Of a stretch of DNA of 64,000 bases, positions 54,889 through 64,000 are shown piece after piece. Numbering within the stretch: position 1 is the stretch's first letter; each line of letters opens with the position of its first letter. Made by a program: the position numbers and the translations under genes. Origin of the DNA: Bigelowiella natans CCMP2755 (lineage: Eukaryota > Protista > Cercozoa); contig ADNK01002346.1 in NCBI GenBank assembly GCA_000320545.1, forward strand, positions 60,489-124,488, given 5' to 3'. The notes under the pieces were generated by a model. It saw only the letters and a program-made list of their open reading frames with translations. It made no database searches and was not told where the DNA came from.

Positions 54889-55441
54889 GATATCAAGCAC
54901 AGAACTTGCCGCAACCTCCTCCCTCCCGAATAAAGAGAGTTGGAAATCAAGAGGAAAAGAAATCTTTATACTGCGCGGTGACAGCATATCTTGTAGAATC
55001 ATTGTTTAGAATTATATGCTTCTATACGTGTGTGTACGTGTTGTGCTTGCATATTTGGATCGATGTTGCATACTAGTCCCCATCATTGTTGTATACTATG
55101 GTTGATAATTATGCATCAGGTTTGCTATGATAAGTTCTCTGAAAAGTCCTCTGGAAAGACTCGACGTCACAACTGTGGAAAGTAGTGCTAGTAGTTGGAA
55201 GTAGTTGCATATAGGTAGCAGCAGCAGCAGCAGGAAGAGGAGGAGGAGGAGGAGGACGAGGAGGAGAGCATTGAAGCAGATAGTACAAGCAATTATTGTG
55301 TGATGATGTTGCTGCTGCATATATGGACAAGCAGATGCGGGCACTGTGATATTTGCTCCGAGTGCTTTGCGGATTATGTCAAGATCAGGGTTGTTGAGAG
55401 TACAGAATGCAGACGATAGATGCAGTCATATGTGTGTGTGT

Positions 55442-55479
<38 letters not shown>

Positions 55480-55526
55480 ACGTGTACATGAAGCTAATCC
55501 TGAATAACGACACCTTTTTTTTTGTT

Positions 55527-55558
<32 letters not shown>

Positions 55559-56291
55559 AAGAGAGAGAGATATGATTCCTTCGCTATATACAAGTACCAC
55601 TGCCTCGTAGTTGAGTAGTTGTTGGTGCTCTTATTTCCATATCCTATGACTAACCAGTGTTTTCGTGTGTTTTCTTCTTCTCTTACTATTCATCTGCATA
55701 TAGGTCGATGATGACGATGTCATTCCGTATATTCCCTGTCCGACCCCTGACTGCCAGAACCCGGTAGTAGTATAACAACAGCAACAACAATAATAACAAC
55801 AAAAACTCTTTGCTACATCTCATATTTGAAGCTCTAATTTTCTTCTTCACTGAGAGCTTAATCGTTGGGGTTGTTGTGTTTGAACCATGCTGACAGGTCT
55901 CAGCCAAGGCAATTACATCGTACGTTCAAAGGGGGGGGGGGGGGGCACACCGCACTGCAGAAGAAGAAAAAGAAGAAGAAGAAGATGATAATGATATTAT
56001 TATTATTAAAATAAAATGGCTATATCTTCCCAATTGTCGTTTTACTTCTTCGCATCAGAGCTTGGTTAGCTTGCTCAACTTTGCTTAGATTGTCCGTGAC
56101 GATGCTGCAGGTATTTATTGTGTCTTGCAAATGCCATCTTTTTGCACGAATCAAACAGCACGTAGTAGCATCAAATTGGAGACGTTTTATCTCTCCCTCT
56201 ACACTTCTGATTGCATGCACGAAACAGCAATATCAGCAATGGTGCTATCCTTTTCCCGTTGTGTCTACATTGAATTTTCGTTGTTATGATT

Positions 56292-56323
<32 letters not shown>

Positions 56324-56564
56324 AATGATCATCATAATCTTGCAAGAGGCAGCTCATGAGCACAGGGTATTGGGTTGTCTGCAAGAATCATAGCAAATTT
56401 CTCTTCGGGTGACGTTTATCAACTGAGTATACGTGTTTGCATTTGTAGTAAAAAGCATAATGCGGTGACATCATTATTTATAATTATCTTAGGGAAGCAT
56501 GCCCTTTTGGCTTTATTGTTGAAAAGGTACTGCAATGTACCACATCATCATATATATATATAAT

Positions 56565-56595
<31 letters not shown>

Positions 56596-56611
56596 CATAT
56601 ATATATATAAT

Positions 56612-56657
<46 letters not shown>

Positions 56658-57308
56658 TATGTGTGTGTGTGGATATGCGGCTGCCATGTAAACTTCGAAA
56701 AGCAGCCACTTTCGGGTCGCTGCTGATAGTATTTGACGTTTGTCGTAACGTTGTTTGCATTGAATTCAAAGGAAGGGGGAGAGGGGAAGGAGCAGTGCTG
56801 CAAGGTGTGTCTGATGTCGCAAAAGGTAGAGCCAAAGACAGAAAAATCAGAGAGGGGGGGGGGGGAGGAGGAGGAACAATATGTGTTGTTGTGAAAAACG
56901 GACTTTGATATCGAGGATTTGGTGCTTGTGGACGATTCCCATTCTTCCATATGTGTGCGGAATGTTTGTGTGAATGTCATATTTGCTTCATTTTTAACCC
57001 CCCCCCCCCTCCCCAGGATTCGATAAGATGCTGATAATTTCAGGTTGTCAGACAAAAAAATGTGTCTGAGGTGGCACTGACTGATATGATTGCAGACGGA
57101 ATACTTCGGTTTGTGTTGGAAATAGCATAAATGATGATGATGATGACGATGGTGATGATGATGATGATGGTTGTGGTTGAAGGAAAGGCAAGTTGCGGAT
57201 TTTTTTTGTTTTTTTTCCTTCTTCATTATCATTATAGCTATCTGATAAGAATTGAAATTATTCTTTTTGTTGTCTTTCTCCCCTCCCCCCCTTCCCCCCC
57301 TTCCTCCC

Positions 57309-57359
<51 letters not shown>

Positions 57360-57452
57360 TATACATCTAGTCCTTGTCCACAGTGCCGCACGTACCAGCT
57401 TAAAGATAAAGGCGTCTGCAACGTGATTCAATGCCCAGGGTAATAACATCGA

Positions 57453-57490
<38 letters not shown>

Positions 57491-57964
57491 TGTGTGTGTG
57501 TCACAAAACCAACGAGCAGCTGACAAATCCTATGCTCATCCTCTTCTCCTGTCTATCACAATGATCAGGTGCTCTATATGGTGGAATTGGAGAACAAAAG
57601 CAACGTTAGTAGCAGAAAGATATAATTCCTGATGATGCTAAGATACGGCGACTCAATCGTGCATGATTATTATCATCATTACATGATGAGCTTTTCACAC
57701 ATCAGCAGTTGTGTCCATTGCAATATGTGACCGAAAATAAAAAGTTTATTTCAGAAATCCTTCGACTGTGCTGTATCTGTCGCACACATCATCTTAGCTA
57801 ATTGCTGAAGCCTATTGCTTCTCTCACTATCATGATTGGGACTTACCCCCCCCTAAGCATATCGATGCGTGTTGCTGCTTAGGGGTCCTACCTCTCGATC
57901 ACTCAAGCTAAAAGCACGTTCCAACGGCACCCTTGTAAGAGATAATATATTAATTTATACACAC

Positions 57965-58010
<46 letters not shown>

Positions 58011-58531
58011 GAGAGATATAGAGAGAATTTGAGAGCGAATGCAGATAGATTACCACAGACTTTGAACATATAGCACGCGTTCTTGTTACCATTTTGATTC
58101 AATAACACTCACGGAAATCTTTCAATTTGTTCTCCAAACGCACAGTCCAGAATGAATGGGTTGATACAGTTATTGATCGTTAAGCATCTATCCCTATCCT
58201 CTCCGTTGTTTCTTAATCTATGCTATTACTATCATCCCTAACCGTCATTACCATCATCATCATCACCATTCATTGTAGTGGGAACCTGGTGAGCTAGAGT
58301 ACCAGCAGCAGCTGGAACGCACGGTACTTCAGAACGATTATTACACAATGATAATTTATTCTTATATGAATGCTACGTGATCAATGATGTCGATCTGTGT
58401 GTCGGCATTGGCCATCGATAACATCTTGTTGTTAGGATCCAGCTGCGTTTCAACGGTTATTGGAGCAGAATGGGGTCGCGTACGATCCCAACTATCAAAG
58501 AGGAGGTGGGGCGGGGGCGGGGGGATTTTAA
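53473..58531 (+). CDS. RBR-like (RING1-IBR-RING2) ubiquitin ligase with two N-terminal RanBP2/NZF zinc fingers
   Basis: WTCAMCAFTNHRVDS|KCGGCGAP and WICRICET|ENGLRREVCYNCKRPK (both split by introns). RING1 YCA|VCYDKF...CGHCDICSECFADYVK...IPCPTPDC. RING2 PCPQCRTYQLKDKGVCNVIQCPG|CSIWWNW. Tail WEPGELEYQQQLERT|DPAAFQRLLEQNGVAYDPNY. Middle exons not fully resolved. Confidence 0.78.
56551..56670. repeat. Imperfect (TA)n/(TG)n microsatellite in an intron
   Basis: Seen directly. Confidence 0.95.
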
Positions 58532-58589
58532 TCATTAACTACTGCGTGCTCAAAAGCATACTATCTGGCTATATGGAGAACAAATGTGG

Positions 58590-59160
58590 GAAAGGACACT
58601 AGCATTCACCTTGTCATCATGTTGTGTCATCGCATGTTTAGCAGCGCCTATATGCACGCATGTAATGCATAGCTAATGATGCGTCGTATCCACAACCCGC
58701 ATAGAATGGCACGTATCGTAAACGATAATGATTATGATGTTACGCAGCCGTCAGGCACGTCATGTAAACAAAGCGCATGCGAGCATGCTATGACCCTTAT
58801 TTTTAATTCAATTGACAATATTGTTTCTACTATGTACGTTCTAGCGTTGTCTGCATGTCTGCATCCGCCATGGGCGTGAGTGTTGTGCCATCTTCGCCCC
58901 TATCGACAGCACATGCATTAATGATTGTGTCCGTGCGACACACGCCTACGCACACATACATACACATTTAGATATTAGCGTCAGCATGCATTATGGCAAA
59001 TGCGTATATGAGTACATATAGCTAATAAAATCAACGTACAAAGCGCGACTTGTCATCGCATCGCATGCGTAAGATAACTAGATGTGCATGCATGCATTGA
59101 CACTGCCGATTTATCTAGAGATGCCCACATTGTATCGAACACGAAATGATTCATGATGAG
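58590..59160. other. CATG/TGCA-rich intergenic tract between convergent genes (weak signature)
   Basis: gcatgcgagcatgc and gtgcatgcatgcat words. TpA loss is incomplete. Confidence 0.45.
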
Positions 59161-59251
59161 AAATTCCATCATTGTGTCGGCATATACTTTTGAACAGTCT
59201 GCGTAATGATTGCCCTTTGCTGCATCACTAACTTACCAAAAGCATAGCTAT

Positions 59252-62200
59252 TTATCTAAAAATTGCAGCGCGGCTCAGACGAACAACTTCATCGAGTCCG
59301 TCATTTATGTTTTTGAAGAGCGGAACGCCGTACCGTCTCGCAGTATCGAAAGCATATGCTCGTCCTGTTAACATCATGGACAAACTTGATTACTTTGATG
59401 ATATTTTTGATGATATGTGCGAACGCAAACAGTCAGTTCATGATCGCACTCATTGTTTCTGATGCTATCGCGGAGTACAATTCGTTGGAAAACACGGAAT
59501 CACAAATCAAGCACGGTCGCTTCGGAAACCATTTTCGGCGACCACTTCCCCCCACCACTCCACCACCACAAGAGAAATATTACCTCTATTCAGATCTTTC
59601 CTCACAGCAGGTTCAAGCTCTTTAGCTTTCTGGCTATTCTCATCTATCAACTGTATAACCGCAACCAGTTGTCTTCCTGCAGTAGCGAGCTCCACTACCT
59701 CCAACATGGACGCTACAGCATTCGTCTTATTATCTATCACAAAGAAGAGAATTCCAGCTGTTTCCTTTTCTTTGGCTTCTATTTCTACCAAATCAGGTGT
59801 CCATTCATCCACCTAGCAACAATATAAGCATGTGATTCGAAGCAAGAAAGATCGACGTAAGAGAAAGCACCCGACCCGACCGCATCCCTCCAAGCTTACC
59901 AGAACACGCACACACACGCGCGCGCGCGCGCACACACACACGGCTTTGGCCACAGCATAATCAAAGGCATTCTGGGTACTACCTGTGGATTGTAGTATGG
60001 TATATGACATTGCTTGAGCTTTGGTATAGCAATGTCTTTTCTCCAAGTTGTGGGATTGCAGCTTCCTATTGATGATGATGATGATGGTGATGATGGTGAT
60101 GATCCTCGTGATTAGTTAGTACTCTTCAATAAGTATTTTGGCATCATAATAGCATTGGAGATTCATTTTATCATTCACACACAATATAAGGCGGAGTTGC
60201 GAACAGACAGAAATCAACCACCTCCAAGGAAGACTTTTCTCTTGCTCGCATTCATTGCCAGACTATGTCGTCTCTTGGGATATTTCATGTTCAGCTTTCG
60301 CATCCAGGAACGTATTTGTGAGATTCCGGCGACCATCTTCATTTTCTGAATATTGGGACATAATAATAATATCACCGCCAAGAAATGCACTCTGTTCTCT
60401 CTCATATATATAGATATGCGGTTGCATATCCACCAAATATAAAATCTTTCAGCATCAAGTTCCGTGAAGAAACGTTGTAGTCACGACACCTGTCTGGCCA
60501 CACGCTTCTCGTAGCCAGAGCCATCTTTCTGATCTTCCATCAGCTGTTTTATGTCCTATATATGGCATTTGAATTAGTCATATTATCATCGCAAAATTCT
60601 CCTAATATAGCTTCTTTCCCTTTACTAAAGTATTTTATGGTATCTATCACCCATCCGGCAAATCCAGCAGGTGTTTCTGTTTCCGCTCTTGCATAAACAA
60701 CTTGCGACTTCACTCTGTTAGCGCCTATTTTATGATCGATGGAGACAACACCATTTTTAATACCCAATGAAATGATTTGCTTATTTCTAAGGACGAAAAT
60801 TGCTGATGTATTTTGTGGGATGTTAGCTTGGTATTCTGAAATTACCATCTTCTCCGATCCATGCGTATATAACGTTCCATGCCTATAAATAGCACATATA
60901 GGTTTTCTTCTTTCAAGCTTATAGGTTTGGCATGGAGAAATAAAAAATGACAAAATCTATATTTATGATCATATGCAAAACTACTATTCTCTGTGCCACA
61001 TTCTATCTTACCCTTTCTCTCACAGCTTTCGAAACATCCTCATTAAGAGCCGTCGTCAAGGCTTGCTGAACCTAGGTGTAGCGAAGATGATGAGCCATTG
61101 AGGGCAGAATGATCTTGCAGCATTCTCTATCTAAACACCCAAATCGAGCATATTAAGGAGTCGTTTTTACCTCTGAGAAGGTGCCGGCGGTCTCTCCTTT
61201 TCCATCTCCAGCAAAAACCTTCAAGTATGCAGTGTTACATTCGTAAGAATAAATGAGAGCGCGAGTAAGAAGAGAGGGAAGTGAGGGGACCGTGTTTTTG
61301 TTAGCATAAAGACAGCACTACACACACCACCACCGCTGCATTATTGATCTTTGCCTCTTTTTACCCGCTCTTGAATTCTATCGAGGTTTTTGAGTTTCGC
61401 CTTCAGTTTATTGGCCTTCTTCTTTTGGAACTCTACATATCCCTCGTCGATCTTCCGGAAGAAATTATTTCTAAAAGCTCCGAATATAGAGCACACGTAT
61501 GTTACGACTGTGATGAAGGAAATCCTGAGTACGCTAGATCCATGTGCCTGATTGGAAAACAAATGTAGCTTTTCAGATAAACATTTGACTGTGATTTACT
61601 TCGTACGGGTTGTTGTCAACGAGTGGTACTGATTTAGAATTTCATCGTAGTACCCAATCTCCAAAGGGAAGGCTGCACAATTGAATGATGAGCGCCAAGG
61701 TGTTTCCAATCTGCGTGCAATACAATGCAACAATTGGTGGTGACGATGCTATTCAGTACGTTATAGCGTTTGTGGAGATGTTGGTAGAGCTCACATACCC
61801 CTGTTTGATATTCGCCGGCTCCGAAGAACAATGGCATGAAGAGGTACAAGTTGACTATCTGTAGCATTATTGTAAAAGAGATTATTCTTCAAAGGGAAGA
61901 TGGAACGGTGCTGTGGTTTCTGTTTATGTATTTAACGAGATAATCCAAGTTACCATCATCATTATCACCAATATCATCATCACCATCATCATCATCATCT
62001 AATGTGCTGTTGTTTCACCATAGGCTCAGTAGCATCGTAGCAAGCCCATGACTGCTCGTCCTCAACCGTTGTACATGATTCTTGTGTCAGCTGGGGGAAG
62101 GAAAATAACAACACTTAACAACACTGAAGCAAATTTATATTTGTATCATCAGGCCAACAACAATCAGCACAGCATCCACCCCCCCACCCCACCATTCCCT

Positions 62201-63590
62201 ACTTACCGTCAGGCAGCATACTACGATAGCAGCGGCTACTACGATAAAACCTGAGGATGTACCCAAAGTAAGCAACATTAGCCTCAATATGTGTGAGAAT
62301 AGTTGATCAAATACACGCTCTTGCCTCTCTCTCCCTCCCTCCCTTGCGCCACCCATGTTGTATCTTACATAGTACTGAGTCCCAGATCCGGTCATAAAGA
62401 GGCGGGTAGGCGTATGATAGAATGAACATCGCCAGACAGGGACAAATAATCAGGACGTACAATAACACCTAGTGATTGGCAATGTAGAAAACTCTTAGAC
62501 CGATGACGATGAAACTTTGAAATGGCGTCGTTACTTGCAAGCTAATGTGCTGGTCACTTATGTTCCAATACCACGATATAGAGAGCATCAGCCAGGAAAA
62601 ACTATATGAAATCAAGTCTCAGTGGTGACGACAAATGCAACGCAATGAGCAAAGAGGCAGAGAATCATTACAATGATATGAAGAAGAAGGGCTTTGAGTA
62701 CGTCCTATACTGCATCAATCGAAATTGTTCAATTTCCCCCGAGCTCTCAAACTGTTTATAAAATCAGGATATCATGATGAGCATTTGAAAGAATAAAGCC
62801 CACGAACTGAAGACCTTGATCTGTGTCTTTCTTTTCAGCCCCATAAAGCCTCCAGTGGAAGACAATAACATCATCTGCTCACACAGGAAGTTGTACATGC
62901 ACAATGTTATGCATAACCCATCATATTGTATATGAAGTACTTGCATTCATTACATGATCAACGGACTGCCATCGCACAAGGTTCTTGGGTTTGCTATTCC
63001 TTGCTTGTCGCGGTAATCTGGATGGACGCCTCTTCTTCATCTGCAAGGCTTTGCATTAGTTGATTGTTGGATGTGTTGTCATCATGCGCGGGATATCTAC
63101 CTCGGGTAGTGCGAAGGCTCTGTCACTTCTCTGTTGTCGTACAATCAACACCACAAAGAAATTAATAAGTACGTGCTAGTAAGCATCTTTGTGGGCGGAG
63201 CTCATGTACCGCGTCAGTCCTGCCAGGAGCTGCATTTGCGTTTCCAACATCTGATTTGCTATTTCTTTTGCTCGATTCTACAAGGGGTTGTCTGCTGTCC
63301 CGTGTTTTATTCACAGGAACGCCAATTACCGGAGATGAAGTTACACCAGGTCGTCCCTGAATAGTGGCAGCGGCAGTAGTGAAATCATAATCGTCTTATA
63401 TGCTAATTTAAGGTATCCGAGGATGATCACTCATAAATCTATGAATCTCAAATTTGTACAAATATGGTTGATAGTTTAAGGTGTTCCTTTCATTACCGTT
63501 GAATCTATTTCTCCGTTTACTGCATTAGGAATATTTACCTGCATTTAGGGGGGGAAAGAAGAGGAAGATGATGATGGCAACTCTTACATG

Positions 63591-63625
<35 letters not shown>

Positions 63626-64000
63626 TAGTTCCCATCAGTTCGATTCGGCACATAGGTCAAAACACACAGGGGCATTACTACCATCTGTGCAGAAGAAAGA
63701 GAGTACTCGCCTCAAATCAGAATTTATATTTCATAAAACAATGCTTTGAAGATTTTGAGGGGTTCACGTATAGATCAGGTCAGCAATATCCTCTTCATAC
63801 GATCCTTTTCATCTTCATCATCATCGTCACCCCTATCTAACAAGGAGCTTCATTGGTCGGAAGGGGAGGATGGGGCCAGTGCTTCACACACTTCGTGTTA
63901 TAATTTCAACTACTGTTTCCAAGAAGTTTCACCGATATATTTTTGACAGAAAGAACGCTGCATCCTCGGGGGTCAGCGTCAGTTTCATTCCCTCAGTTAC
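59252..64000 (-). CDS. Multi-pass membrane protein with a C-terminal Raw-like / nucleoside 2-deoxyribosyltransferase-like domain (5' part beyond the window)
   Basis: KVFLGG|SCNPTTWRKDIAIPKL...YYNPQ|VDEWTPDLVEIEAKEKE...LFFVIDNKTNAVASMLE...DLNRG|RAY matches the Raw/Nuc_deoxyri_tr2 pattern. Upstream exons are hydrophobic (FSSWALFFQMLIM, GFIVVAAAIVVCCL, IVNLYLFMPLFFG, VLRISFITVVTYVCSIFG) and are followed by a basic coiled coil. Confidence 0.75.

Overview
Intron-rich eukaryotic (protist-like) nuclear DNA. The style resembles chlorarachniophyte/rhizarian genomes, but that is inference and the species cannot be fixed from sequence alone. I assembled about 13 protein-coding loci by hand from GT-AG introns: a truncated unknown gene (-), K+-dependent H+-pyrophosphatase (+), GPI-phospholipase D-like (-), DUF1348/SnoaL-like (+), a NOX/ferric-reductase-like protein (+), DUF924 (-), a membrane-anchored 3xKH protein (+), a UBA-like/ZZ/CLU-like/TPR/UBA protein (-), phenylalanine hydroxylase (+), a sterol-desaturase-family protein (-), a bacterial-type C5 DNA methyltransferase (+), a 2xRanBP2-finger RBR-like ligase (+), and a truncated membrane protein with a Raw/NDT-like C-terminal domain (-). 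No rRNA, tRNA, CRISPR array or intact transposon was recognised. Main points: (1) Spacers 3' of genes have lost TpA almost completely except within CTAG, and repeat copies differ at TA/CA/TG/CG sites. This is the opposite direction to fungal RIP, while introns in the same window are full of (TA)n. (2) The NOX-like protein carries about 400 aa with two PB1-like domains inserted in the loop between TM4 and TM5. (3) The C5 methyltransferase has a predicted organellar presequence and a C-terminal membrane anchor. Exon boundaries and motif counts are manual and approximate.
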